Shown: positions 26,304 to 35,713, counted from the stretch's first letter. The stretch is 64,000 nt of DNA from an uncultured virus (IMG/VR IMGVR_UViG_2938983465_000007) (IMGVR_UViG_2938983465_000007), one strand, 5' to 3'. The notes: generated from the sequence alone by a model not told the origin. Translations and numbers: made by a program.

Positions 26304-29020
26304 AGGAAATGGACCGCGAACTCAAGGCCGACGTGCTGCGCCGCCTGCAGGATCAGTACGGACTGACGCCGATCAAGGGCACAAAGTACATGCGCAAGGG
26401 CGAGTGCCCGACGTGCGGCAAAAAGGAGCTCTACACCCTGGTCGACAGCCCCTGGTTCATCCGCTGCGGGCGCGGCAAGTGCGGCGACACCTGGCACATC
26501 AAGGAAATCTACCCGGAGCTCTTCGACGACTGGAGCAAGCGAGCGCCGGCCACCGACAAGGAACCCGCCGCCTCGGCCCGGGCGTACCTGGCCCATGCCC
26601 GCGGCTTCGACCTGGCGCTGATCGATGGCTGGTACAGCCAGGAAAACTACTGGGACCGCGACCTTGAGATCGGTAGCGCGACAGTACGCTTCCCGCTGAA
26701 GAAAGGCGGCTACTGGGAACGCCTGATCGATCGCCCGAGCCGCTTCGGCAAGAAGAAAGCGCGCTTCAAGCCGGGCGACAGCCCGCGCGGCGTCTGGTGG
26801 TGCCCACCCAGCATCGACCTGCAGGAGGTGAAGGAGCTGTGGATCGTCGAAGGTATCTTCGACGCCATCGCGCTGCTGCACCACGGCATCGACGCCGTGT
26901 CGGCCATGAGTTCCAACGCCTTCCCCGAGCAGTCTTTGCGCGAACTCGCGACAGCCCGTGGCGGCAAGCTGCCGAAACTGATCTGGGCGCTGGACAACGA
27001 ACCCGGCGCCCACAGGTACACCCGGCGGTGGGTGACCGAGGCGCGTGCCCTGGGCTACGTCTGCGAAGCGGCCCAACTACCGCAGCGCAACAACCGCAAA
27101 TTCGACTGGAACGACCTGCACCAGCGCTGGATGTTCATCGATGACGCGGCCGAGCGCGTCGCGCAGATCGAGAAAGACCTCAAGACCGCGCGTCATGAGG
27201 GCGCGCTGCTGATCGCCGAGAGTGCCGCCGAGAAGGCCCTGCTGATGTACGACTGGGGCAAGCGCGGTGAATTCCACTTCCGCTTCGCCAACCGCCTCTA
27301 CTGGTTCAAGCTGGATATCGAGAAGTTCAACAAGGCCATGCAGAGCCTGGAGGACAGCGACAACCACGACGACCAATTGCTGAACCAGAAACAGATGCGC
27401 GACAAGGCCCTGCAACAAGCCGGCGGCGTCGTGGAAATCGCCAACTGCTTCCCCCAGGCCCTGTACTTCCAGCGCAACGAGGTCACAGACGAAAGCTGGT
27501 ACTACTTCCGCATCGATCGCCCCGACGACGAAAGCGTGAAGAACACCTTCACCAGCGCCCAGGTCGCGGCGGCCAGCGAGTTCAAGAAGCGCCTGCTCGG
27601 CGTGGCGGCCGGGGCGATATTCACCGGCAGCGGCGCGCAGCTCGACCAGATCATGAAGCTGCAACTCACCGGCCTGAAGACGGTGGCCACGATCGATTAC
27701 CTGGGCTACAGCCGGGAGCATGCCTGCTACGTCCTGGGCGACGTGGCGGTACGCGGTGGCGTGATCGAAAAGGCCAACGCCGAAGACTTCTTCGAATTCC
27801 AGAAACTGCGCCTGAAGACCCTGCAGCGCTCGATCAAGCTGCAGATCGCCACCGACGCCAAGGACTACCGCCCGGAGTGGCTGGACTGGCTGTGGACCTG
27901 CTTCGGCGCCAAGGGCCTGGTGGCGCTGGCGTTCTGGTTCGGCTCGCTATTCGCGGAGCAGATCCGCGCCGAGTTCCAGTCCTTTCCGTTCCTCGAGGCC
28001 ACCGGCGAGGCCGGTGCCGGCAAGTCCACGCTGATCACCTTCCTATGGAAGCTGCTCGGCCGGGCGGACGAGGAAGGCCAGGACCCGTCGAAAATGACCA
28101 AGGCGGGCCTGCGCCGCTGGCTGACCCAGCTGTCGAACATGCCCATGGTCATGCTCGAGGCCGACCGCAGCGACAACAGCCGCGCCGGCGGCGCCGCCAA
28201 GTCCTTCGACTGGGACGAGTTCAAGCCGCTGTTCAACGGTCGCGCGTTGGGCGTGACCGGCCAGAAGACCGCCGGCAACGAGACCTACGAGCCCCCCTTC
28301 CGCGGCACCCTGGTGATGAGCCAGAACGCCACAGTGCAGGCCTCCGAAGCGATCATGACCCGTATCGTGAAGCTGCACTTCATTCGCCCGGAAATCACCC
28401 GCGAGAGCCAGGCCGCGGCCGACAACCTCAACCACCTGGGCGTGCTCGAGGTCAGCCACTTCCTGCTGATGGCCATCCGTGCCGAGGCCCGCGTGCTGGA
28501 GTGCTTCCGCGAGCGGCTGAAGGTTCACAGCACGACGCTGCGCGGTCTGAAACAGATTCGTATCGAGCGGCTGATACTCAACCACGCGCAGATGATGGCC
28601 CTGGTCGACGCGCTGCGCCTGGTGGTGCCGCTGTCCGAGCACCAGCTCGCCTGCGCTCAGCAGACCCTGATGACGATGGCCCTGGAGCGCCAGGACGCCG
28701 TCAACGCCGACGCGCCCGAGGTGGCCGAGTTCTGGGAGGTCTACGACTACCTCGAAAACCTCAGCGAAGAGCCGGTGCTCAACCACAGCAAGAACCCCGG
28801 AACCATCGCCATCAACCTCAACGAGTTCGTGAAGCTGGCCGCCGACCACCGCCAGAAGGTGGCCGACGCGGCAACCCTGCGCGACCTGCTGAAAGAGTCC
28901 CGCCGGCACAAATTCATCGAATACAAGGCCGTCGACAGCGCAGTGCGGGCGGCACACGCCCGCCAAAACCCTTTCACCAACCGACCCAGCACCGTCAAGT
29001 GCTGGATTTTCCAAGCCTGA
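26300..29020 (+). CDS. Replication protein: Zn finger + toprim primase + P-loop helicase
   Basis: CPTC, IVEGIFDA, ALDNE, DWND, Walker A GEAGAGKST. Confidence 0.88.
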   Translation: MKEMDRELKADVLRRLQDQYGLTPIKGTKYMRKGECPTCGKKELYTLVDSPWFIRCGRGKCGDTWHIKEIYPELFDDWSKRAPATDKEPAASARAYLAHARGFDLALIDGWYSQENYWDRDLEIGSATVRFPLKKGGYWERLIDRPSRFGKKKARFKPGDSPRGVWWCPPSIDLQEVKELWIVEGIFDAIALLHHGIDAVSAMSSNAFPEQSLRELATARGGKLPKLIWALDNEPGAHRYTRRWVTEARALGYVCEAAQLPQRNNRKFDWNDLHQRWMFIDDAAERVAQIEKDLKTARHEGALLIAESAAEKALLMYDWGKRGEFHFRFANRLYWFKLDIEKFNKAMQSLEDSDNHDDQLLNQKQMRDKALQQAGGVVEIANCFPQALYFQRNEVTDESWYYFRIDRPDDESVKNTFTSAQVAAASEFKKRLLGVAAGAIFTGSGAQLDQIMKLQLTGLKTVATIDYLGYSREHACYVLGDVAVRGGVIEKANAEDFFEFQKLRLKTLQRSIKLQIATDAKDYRPEWLDWLWTCFGAKGLVALAFWFGSLFAEQIRAEFQSFPFLEATGEAGAGKSTLITFLWKLLGRADEEGQDPSKMTKAGLRRWLTQLSNMPMVMLEADRSDNSRAGGAAKSFDWDEFKPLFNGRALGVTGQKTAGNETYEPPFRGTLVMSQNATVQASEAIMTRIVKLHFIRPEITRESQAAADNLNHLGVLEVSHFLLMAIRAEARVLECFRERLKVHSTTLRGLKQIRIERLILNHAQMMALVDALRLVVPLSEHQLACAQQTLMTMALERQDAVNADAPEVAEFWEVYDYLENLSEEPVLNHSKNPGTIAINLNEFVKLAADHRQKVADAATLRDLLKESRRHKFIEYKAVDSAVRAAHARQNPFTNRPSTVKCWIFQA

Positions 29021-29070
29021 CCGGCGCGGCAACGCCGGAACTGCAACCCCAAAGGAGAGACACCATGCAA
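29021..29070 (+). repeat. Repeated leader unit 1 (hairpin + RBS + ATGCAA)
   Basis: CCGGCG-CGGCAA-CGCCGG ... AGGAGAGACACCATGCAA. Confidence 0.85.
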
Positions 29071-29337
29071 CTGAACGTAGAACGCGGCGCACGGATGACC
29101 GGCAAGACCATTCGCCTGCGCCAGGCCGCACGTAAGGCCGGTCAGGAAGAGCACCAGATCATCAGCGGCAGTCTCTACACACCGTTCGACCTAGAGCTGT
29201 TGGTGCGCCACCGCATCAGCCACGGCGCCAAGGTGATCTGCATCGACGAATGCAGTGAGCAACAGATCAAGCACCTGCGGCACCTCAAAGGCGATATCCC
29301 CAGCGACCTCACCATCCACGCCGTTGTAGCGAACTGA
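29065..29337 (+). CDS. Small protein with P-loop-like motifs
   Basis: GARMTGKT and ICIDE in 90 aa; strong RBS. Confidence 0.7.
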   Translation: MQLNVERGARMTGKTIRLRQAARKAGQEEHQIISGSLYTPFDLELLVRHRISHGAKVICIDECSEQQIKHLRHLKGDIPSDLTIHAVVAN

Positions 29338-29351
29338 CCGACGACCCGTGA

Positions 29352-29402
29352 CCCGGCGCGGCAACGCCGGGACCACAAACCGATAGGAGAGACACCATGC
29401 AA
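29352..29402 (+). repeat. Repeated leader unit 2
   Basis: CCCGGCG-CGGCAA-CGCCGGG ... AGGAGAGACACCATGCAA. Confidence 0.85.
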
Positions 29403-29750
29403 CCCCTCCCCCACGACTATCTGCGGTTGATCCACGACTTCCAGGCCAGGCAGCAGGAGAACGAGGTAGCCGGCATCACAGCGTTGAAACGCCTACTCCC
29501 GATCGCACAGCGCGACAGCGGCCAGAGCGGCGTGATCGGTCGGTTCCTGCTCGGCCTGTACAACGGCCAGGCTCACCGCTTCGACCTCACCGAGCTGCGC
29601 GGCCTCGACCCAGCGCTGTTCGATGCGTGCCTGTCCGTGCTGCGCATGGACTACGCCCCGAAACAGGAAGTGCATGAGTACTTCGAGGACGGCGACGCGA
29701 TCTGGCAGGACCTGCGCAAACGCTGGGCCGCAGCATCGCTGCCGGCATAG
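29397..29750 (+). CDS. Hypothetical protein of a mobile-element family
   Basis: DSGQSGVIGRFLLGLYNG...FDLTELRGLD motif; strong RBS. Confidence 0.75.
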   Translation: MQPLPHDYLRLIHDFQARQQENEVAGITALKRLLPIAQRDSGQSGVIGRFLLGLYNGQAHRFDLTELRGLDPALFDACLSVLRMDYAPKQEVHEYFEDGDAIWQDLRKRWAAASLPA

Positions 29751-29761
29751 GGAGACTAACT

Positions 29762-29968
29762 GTGGATGTGATCGACCAGGCCAACGAACGGGCCGAGAAC
29801 ATGATCCAGGCCGCCCTGGCCCAGCGGACGAACACCCGCCTGGCGCCCAGCGCCCTCTGGTGCGAGGACTGCGGCGAGCAGATACCCGAGGCCCGCCGCC
29901 AGGCCGCCCCGGGCTGCGAATGCTGCATCAGCTGTCAGGAACTGCGCGAGCACCCCGCGCGGCGCTGA
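29762..29968 (+). CDS. TraR/DksA C4 zinc-finger protein
   Basis: DVIDQA N-terminus, CEDCGEQIPEARR...CCISCQ. Confidence 0.88.
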   Translation: MDVIDQANERAENMIQAALAQRTNTRLAPSALWCEDCGEQIPEARRQAAPGCECCISCQELREHPARR

Positions 29969-29974
29969 AGAAGA

Positions 29975-30033
29975 GGCGCCAGGGAGCGGCAACTCCCTGG
30001 CGCCGACCACCCCAAAGGAGAGACACCATGCAA
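29975..30033 (+). repeat. Repeated leader unit 3
   Basis: GGCGCCAGGGAG-CGGCAA-CTCCCTGGCGCC ... AGGAGAGACACCATGCAA. Confidence 0.85.
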
Positions 30034-30279
30034 GCGAATCAGCCTCAAGGCGGCGGCGCCAAGGCTAGCACAACCACGTCGGCGGCCCGCACTCGTCCAA
30101 CGATGGCCAGCAAGCGGCTGGACCTTCCGAGCATCTGTGATATCTGCGGCAACGCGCGCTCCACCGGCAAGCATCAGCGCTGCAGCCGGACTCGCCAACA
30201 GGCGAAGGCGGTCGAGTGGGCCAGCTACATGGCCAACCTTGCGGCCAAGAAAGCGCAGGGAGGACGGCAGCATGCTTAA
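30028..30279 (+). CDS. Small Zn-binding hypothetical protein
   Basis: CDICG...H..CS motif; strong RBS. Confidence 0.7.
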   Translation: MQANQPQGGGAKASTTTSAARTRPTMASKRLDLPSICDICGNARSTGKHQRCSRTRQQAKAVEWASYMANLAAKKAQGGRQHA

Positions 30280-32182
30280 GCGCACCCTCTACCATTTCCA
30301 CTTCTGCTGCGGCCTGGGCGGCGGTGCCGCCGGTTTCAACCGGGCGCGTCCGCGGGTCGGCAACGTCGAGGCCGAATGGGTCTGCCTCGGCGGGATCGAC
30401 GTGGACCCAGCCGGCCTGCGCGACTTCGAGCGACTGGCTGGTGTCCCGGGCACCCTGCTGGACCTCTTCACCCGCGACCAGTACGTGCGGTTCCACGGCA
30501 AGGAGCCGCCGGCAGACTGGCGGGAGGCGACCCCGGAAGATATTCGGCGCGCCGCCGGCGGGCGCCGGCCGGATGCCGTGTTCATCAGTTCCCCCTGCAA
30601 GGGCGCCAGCGGCCTGCTGTCCGAGAAAATGAGCCTGACCCCGAAGTACCAGGCGCTGAACGAGTTGACGCTCCGCTGCATCTGGCTGATGGGCGAGGCA
30701 TGGGCTGATGACCCGGTGCCGCTGATCGTCTTCGAGAACGTCCCACGCCTTGCCAGCCGCGGCCGGCACCTGCTGGACCAGATCAACAGCCTGCTCGGTG
30801 GCTTCGGCTACGCCGTGGCGGAAACCACTCACGACTGCGGCGAACTGGGCGGCCTGGCGCAGTCCCGGAAGCGCTTCCTGCTGGTCGCGCGGCATGTCGA
30901 GAAAGTGCCGCCCTTCCTGTACGAGCCGGAAAAGAAGAGCCTGCGCGCCGTCGGCGACATCCTCGGCCGCATGCCGCTACCCGGCGATATCGAGGCTGCC
31001 GGTCCAATGCACCGCGTACCGTCCTTGCAGTGGAAGACCTGGGTGCGCCTCGCTCTGGTGCGAGCCGGCAGCGACTGGCGCAGCCTGAACGACCTGGCCG
31101 TCGAGGACGGCTACCTGCGCGATCTGATCATCGTGCCGGAGTACCACCGGGGCGTCCTGGGCGTGAATCACTGGGGCGATTCGTGTGGCGTTGTCGCCGG
31201 CGCGAGCCGCCCGATGAACGGGCGGTTCTCAGTCGCGGACCCTCGCGCGCCGGCAAACGCCCTGCAGTACCAGCAGTACGGCGTGCGCCGCTGGACCGAC
31301 ACCTCGGGCGCTATCATCGGCGTCAAGTCGCCCGGCCAGGGCACGTACTCCGTCGCCGATCCCCGCGGCCAGAGTTTCGGCAAGTACCCGGTCACCGACT
31401 GGGACGGTCCGTCCGGCACCGTGATCGCGGCCAGTACTACCGGCCAGGGCGCATTCGCCGTGGCAGACCCGCGCCCAGGCGGCGTCCGGCACAACAACGT
31501 GTTTCGCGTCGTCAGCATGGGGAGCCACGCCGGAACCGTCACCGGCGGGCACTCGCCCAGCTCCGGCGGCCAGGCTGTTGCCGATCCCAGGTACCACAAC
31601 TGGCACCCAGGGGCGAGCAGCCGCAAATTGCACGTCGGCGAGTGGGGAAGCGCTACCGGCACGGTCACCGGCTCCCAGCAGGTGGCCAGCGGCGCGCTGT
31701 CGATCGCTGATCCGCGCGTGCTCGATCGCACCAAGGGCGACGCCTACCTGACCGGCGGGCACTACGGCGTAGTGGGGTTCGACCAATCCGCCGGCGCGGT
31801 GTCGGCCAGTGCGCGGCACGACAACGGTCGATGGAGCGTTGCCGATCCGCGCATGCCGGCGGCGAACGACCGGCTGACCTGCATCATCCAGTCGCTGGAC
31901 GGCACCTGGCACCGGCCCTTCACGACCCTTGAGCTCGCCGCCCTGCAGAGCCTGGTTGACCCCGAAGAGCAGTTGGTGCTCGACGGCCTGAGCGACAGCG
32001 ACTGGCGCGAGCGGATCGGCAATGCCGTGCCGCCAGCCGCGGCCGAGGCCATCGCCGGCGTGATGGGCACCACCCTGCTGCTGGCCGAGCAGGGCGAGAC
32101 CTTCATGCTCAGCAATACGCCTATCTGGGTGCGCCCGGTTGCGGTGGCGCTGAGCGTTTCACAACCCGCTGAAAGTCGCTGA
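30272..32182 (+). CDS. C5-cytosine DNA methyltransferase with an expanded, repetitive variable region
   Basis: FCCGLGG (I), SSPCKG (IV), FENV (VI), QSRKR (VIII), IGNAVPP (X). Confidence 0.9.
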   Translation: MLKRTLYHFHFCCGLGGGAAGFNRARPRVGNVEAEWVCLGGIDVDPAGLRDFERLAGVPGTLLDLFTRDQYVRFHGKEPPADWREATPEDIRRAAGGRRPDAVFISSPCKGASGLLSEKMSLTPKYQALNELTLRCIWLMGEAWADDPVPLIVFENVPRLASRGRHLLDQINSLLGGFGYAVAETTHDCGELGGLAQSRKRFLLVARHVEKVPPFLYEPEKKSLRAVGDILGRMPLPGDIEAAGPMHRVPSLQWKTWVRLALVRAGSDWRSLNDLAVEDGYLRDLIIVPEYHRGVLGVNHWGDSCGVVAGASRPMNGRFSVADPRAPANALQYQQYGVRRWTDTSGAIIGVKSPGQGTYSVADPRGQSFGKYPVTDWDGPSGTVIAASTTGQGAFAVADPRPGGVRHNNVFRVVSMGSHAGTVTGGHSPSSGGQAVADPRYHNWHPGASSRKLHVGEWGSATGTVTGSQQVASGALSIADPRVLDRTKGDAYLTGGHYGVVGFDQSAGAVSASARHDNGRWSVADPRMPAANDRLTCIIQSLDGTWHRPFTTLELAALQSLVDPEEQLVLDGLSDSDWRERIGNAVPPAAAEAIAGVMGTTLLLAEQGETFMLSNTPIWVRPVAVALSVSQPAESR

Positions 32183-32183
32183 G

Positions 32184-32369
32184 GTGAACGGCATGCACGA
32201 ATTATTGAAAATGCTGGACAACCCGCGCAGCTTGCTGAACTTCTCGCTGGCAATTCTGGCGGTCCTGGCTGTGTTCTTCATGTTGAAGAGCGGCGCGCAA
32301 GCTGCTTCGCAACCGGCCTCCTCCTTCTCCGCTCCCAAGGAAGCAGACTCAAGGGGGAAACGTCCATGA
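32184..32369 (+). CDS. Small membrane protein
   Basis: Single hydrophobic segment; coupled to the next gene. Confidence 0.6.
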   Translation: MNGMHELLKMLDNPRSLLNFSLAILAVLAVFFMLKSGAQAASQPASSFSAPKEADSRGKRP

Positions 32370-32992
32370 GCGACCTTTTCTACCTGCAGGACAGTCGCAG
32401 CAACGTCGGGAGCCGAGCAACGTTCTGGCGTGCCGGCGGCGGCTACACCACGAACCTCGACGACGCCGAGACGTTCGCCCGCGAACGCGCCGTAAAGCAG
32501 TACGAAAACCGCGACAGCGATCTACCCTGGCCCGTGGACTATGTCCGCGCCCGGGCAGAGGTCGGGGTCGACTGCCAGTACCTCACCAGGTCAGAAGCCG
32601 AGGCCTACCGCAACGAGGACGGCCGCATGTATGTGGCGTACGCACGCGAGTGGGACGGAAACGACCTGGTATGGCGCGGCGCCCAAGGCCCAACCGCCAA
32701 CCTGGACGACGCCATCCACCCGGGGGCGGCTGATGCCGCTGGGTTCCTGGCCCAGGGCTTCGAGCTGTGGCCATGCGGCTACATCGCGGAGCACTCCCGC
32801 CTGGTAGTCCGCGCCATGCTGCTCGACCACAAGCAGGCGCTGCGCTCGGTCGGCCTCAAGCTGCCCAAGCTCCAGCGCCCGCGCTATCGCAGCTACAGCA
32901 ACCTGCTCAACTGCGAAGGCTGCGGCCGTTTCCTCAACGAGCGCCAGCGCTTCGACGACTGCCCCAACTGTGGGACAAGGAATGCGCCATGA
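32366..32992 (+). CDS. Hypothetical phage protein with a C-terminal zinc ribbon
   Basis: FYLQDSRSNVG, GYTTNLDDA, CEGC...CPNC. Confidence 0.75.
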   Translation: MSDLFYLQDSRSNVGSRATFWRAGGGYTTNLDDAETFARERAVKQYENRDSDLPWPVDYVRARAEVGVDCQYLTRSEAEAYRNEDGRMYVAYAREWDGNDLVWRGAQGPTANLDDAIHPGAADAAGFLAQGFELWPCGYIAEHSRLVVRAMLLDHKQALRSVGLKLPKLQRPRYRSYSNLLNCEGCGRFLNERQRFDDCPNCGTRNAP

Positions 32993-33846
32993 CCGCCTAT
33001 CGCCCACTACTTCGTTATCACGGCGGCAAGTGGAAACTAGCCCCGTGGATCATCAGCCACATGGCCGAGCACAAGACATACGTCGAGCCATTCGGTGGCG
33101 GTGGATCCGTCCTGATTCGCAAGCCCCGCGCCTACGCCGAGGTCTACAACGACTTGGACGGGGACGTGGTGAACCTGTTCCGTGTCGCGCGCGACCGCGG
33201 CGAGGAGCTGCGCCAGGCTCTGGCACTTACTCCGTTCGCTCGAGGCGAGTTCGACATCAGCTACGACGAAACAACAGACACGCTGGAGCGCGCACGCCGG
33301 ATGATCGTGCGCTCATTTCAAGGGTTCGGGAGCGCAGCGGCGAGCGGCGAACGCACGGGGTTTCGCTCATCGTCCTCCCGTTCGGGAACGTCCCCGGCGA
33401 TGGACTGGCGCAACTACCCGGACGCACTGTCCGCGATCATTGACCGCCTCCAGGGCGTAGTGATCGAGAATCGCGACGCTATGGAAGTGATGGCACACCA
33501 CGACCGGCCGACCACTCTGCACTATGTCGATCCGCCCTACGTGCATTCAACTCGCAGCCCCAAGGTCCGGCACAACGAAACCGGGAAGAGCTATCGCTAC
33601 GAGCTCAGCGACGAGCAGCACCGGGAACTTGCGGTCGCACTGCATCGGTTGGATGGCATGGTCATTGTCTCTGGCTATCCATGCCCCCTATATGACGATC
33701 TGTTCCAGAACTGGCACTGCATCGAGCGCGCAGCGCATGCCGACGGTGCACGCCAGCGCGTCGAGTGCTTATGGCTCAACCCTAGCGCTTACCAGGGACT
33801 GGCTCAGTTCGACATTTTCAAGGAGGGCAACGCATGCGCATGCTGA
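32989..33846 (+). CDS. D12-class N6-adenine DNA methyltransferase (second subfamily)
   Basis: RYHGGKW, EPFGGGGS, YVDPPY. Confidence 0.92.
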   Translation: MTAYRPLLRYHGGKWKLAPWIISHMAEHKTYVEPFGGGGSVLIRKPRAYAEVYNDLDGDVVNLFRVARDRGEELRQALALTPFARGEFDISYDETTDTLERARRMIVRSFQGFGSAAASGERTGFRSSSSRSGTSPAMDWRNYPDALSAIIDRLQGVVIENRDAMEVMAHHDRPTTLHYVDPPYVHSTRSPKVRHNETGKSYRYELSDEQHRELAVALHRLDGMVIVSGYPCPLYDDLFQNWHCIERAAHADGARQRVECLWLNPSAYQGLAQFDIFKEGNACAC

Positions 33847-34076
33847 TACTCCAAAGTGGCCGCCGCTGCGGCCGCTCGAAAAGCCTGCAGCCATTGCTTC
33901 AGTATGCCCTGGCCAACGGTTGGAGGGTTGGACTGACCAACGGCGGGCATCTGCGCTTCACCAAGGCAGAGCGGCCAGTTATCCACACCAGCAGCACGCC
34001 GAGCGATTGGCGCGCAGTCCGCAACGCGGTGGCGATGCTGGCCAGGGCCGATCGCAAGGAGGTGATCCTTGTCTGA
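33834..34076 (+). CDS. HicA-like protein
   Basis: GWRVGLTNGGHLRF...SSTPSD pattern. Confidence 0.65.
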   Translation: MRMLILQSGRRCGRSKSLQPLLQYALANGWRVGLTNGGHLRFTKAERPVIHTSSTPSDWRAVRNAVAMLARADRKEVILV

Positions 34077-34272
34077 TCAGGCCAACCGTCAGCACATGCT
34101 GGCATGTGAGGCCCGGTACTGGCTCCGGCGTGGCATCACCACGCCGGAGAAAGTCGCCGAGTTGAGAGAAACCCTCAAGCGGCGGGGAGAAAGCGCCGTC
34201 GAGCAGTTGATAGCGGAAATGCGCCGACAGTGGCAGGCGCGGACAGAGTGGATAGGTGGTGAAGATGGCTGA
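34069..34272 (+). CDS. Hypothetical phage protein
   Basis: CEARYWL...RG...L...MRRQW pattern; overlaps both neighbours. Confidence 0.65.
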   Translation: MSDQANRQHMLACEARYWLRRGITTPEKVAELRETLKRRGESAVEQLIAEMRRQWQARTEWIGGEDG

Positions 34273-34468
34273 ACTGGACAGATTCATGCGAGAAGCCGAG
34301 GTGCTGGAAGCCACCAGCCTGGCGCGCTCGACACTCTGGCGGGAGGTGAAAGCCAAGCGCTTCCCCAGTCCGGTACAGATCACGCCCGGGCGAGTAGGCT
34401 GGAGACAATCCGATATCAACCGCTGGCTGGAAAACCCGATGGGATGGACGCCAACAAGGGCCGCGTGA
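34265..34468 (+). CDS. AlpA-family excisionase / regulator
   Basis: EVLEATSLARSTLW...FPSPV...RVGWRQSDI..W; convergent with the integrase. Confidence 0.85.
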   Translation: MAELDRFMREAEVLEATSLARSTLWREVKAKRFPSPVQITPGRVGWRQSDINRWLENPMGWTPTRAA

Positions 34469-34474
34469 GCGGCC

Positions 34475-35677
34475 CTACTTCTTGGTGTCGATGACGTTCT
34501 TTTCGAGCCAGGCGGCCCAGCGATCGAGCCCGCGCTTCTTCTCCTGGAAGTAGTCGTAGCGGTCGTAGTGCTTGGATGACACATCGTTGAAGGCGTGGCC
34601 CTGGATCCTGTCCCGCAGCTCCTTGCTGAGCCCGGCTTTCGCCATCAGCGTCTTGCAGGTCCGACGGATGTCCCGAAGCGTGAACGGACCGTTGAACGAC
34701 TTGTGATGCCGGCCGTACAGCTTCGTCACCGCTCTGGACAGAGACTGGGGGTTCAGTGATTTCCCCTCATCCTTGCCCTGGAACGGATACGTGCTCTTCT
34801 CGCTGATGCAGTCCATTTCCTTCAGGCTCGCCCGCATCAGCTTGTTGTAAGGCACCACATGCATCGCCCGCTCACCTTCGCCGCCCTTCCCGTTGCGGAT
34901 CATCACATGGTCCCGCTGATACATCGACCGATCAGACCGGAGCAGTTGCTCCGGTCGTTGACCACCGCTGGCGATCAAGAACTTGAGCAGCTCGGACGTC
35001 GTGAGGGACAGCTTCTCCGGCAGCAGATGCCAGAGCGCTTGCAACTCCTTCTCCGTGAGTGCCCGATCCCCGGGCTGCTCCCAGTCTTCCTGTACAGGGA
35101 TGCTAGCCACCGGATTGCTGGTCAGGCCGAAGCGATTTTCCTGCTCCAGGTAGGTGCGGGGGTTGTAGTCCTGCTGCAGGGCACTCTGGAACGCCGAATG
35201 AAGGCGAGAGCGCACCCGGTTCGTCATCGTCGTGACGCCGCCGGCAATCATCTTGGCCAGGATGTCACGGATATCGGCCGGCCCGATCAACACCGCCGGG
35301 CGCTCCACCAGGGTTGGGAACGGCTCGGAAACGTAGTGTTTGAAGGACCACTCGACGTGCTCGGCACTCGCCGCCCCTTCCTGCTTCAGCTTGGCGACAT
35401 AGGCGGCCATCAACTCCTTGAAGGTGCCAGCCTCAACCTGGATCTCCTTCTCCTCGCGGCACCGGTCCCGCGCTTCCGTGAGCGCCATCGCCGGCCAGGT
35501 GCCCAGCTTGGTCTTCAGCTTCCGCCCGTTCTTCCGGCGCTGGAAGTAGAACTCCTTCGTACCATTGGGCCTCACCCGAAGCATCAAGACCCCCTCGCCC
35601 CGCGCGCTGCGCCCGTCGCTGACGGTGTATTCCTTCTCGGCTGGCTTGAGTGCGCGGATCTGTCTCTCGGTGAGCAC
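34475..35677 (-). CDS. int: Tyrosine integrase with an N-terminal arm-binding domain
   Basis: LTERQIRALKP...LGTWP N-terminus; catalytic R (GQRP), DIRRT, GH, HY; GTG start at 35677 with AAGGA RBS. Confidence 0.93.
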   Translation of the reverse strand: MLTERQIRALKPAEKEYTVSDGRSARGEGVLMLRVRPNGTKEFYFQRRKNGRKLKTKLGTWPAMALTEARDRCREEKEIQVEAGTFKELMAAYVAKLKQEGAASAEHVEWSFKHYVSEPFPTLVERPAVLIGPADIRDILAKMIAGGVTTMTNRVRSRLHSAFQSALQQDYNPRTYLEQENRFGLTSNPVASIPVQEDWEQPGDRALTEKELQALWHLLPEKLSLTTSELLKFLIASGGQRPEQLLRSDRSMYQRDHVMIRNGKGGEGERAMHVVPYNKLMRASLKEMDCISEKSTYPFQGKDEGKSLNPQSLSRAVTKLYGRHHKSFNGPFTLRDIRRTCKTLMAKAGLSKELRDRIQGHAFNDVSSKHYDRYDYFQEKKRGLDRWAAWLEKNVIDTKK

Positions 35678-35692
35678 GGGGCTGTCCTTAAT

Positions 35693-35713
35693 TGGGGGCC
35701 CTTTCTGGGGGCC
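35693..35713. repeat. Putative integrase arm-type sites of prophage 1
   Basis: TGGGGGCC direct repeat (35693, 35706) between the int start and the att core. Confidence 0.5.

Noticed and set aside
32940..32989. Third copy of the methyltransferase leader RNA
   Set aside because: This MTase is ATGA-coupled to the upstream gene, with no intergenic leader
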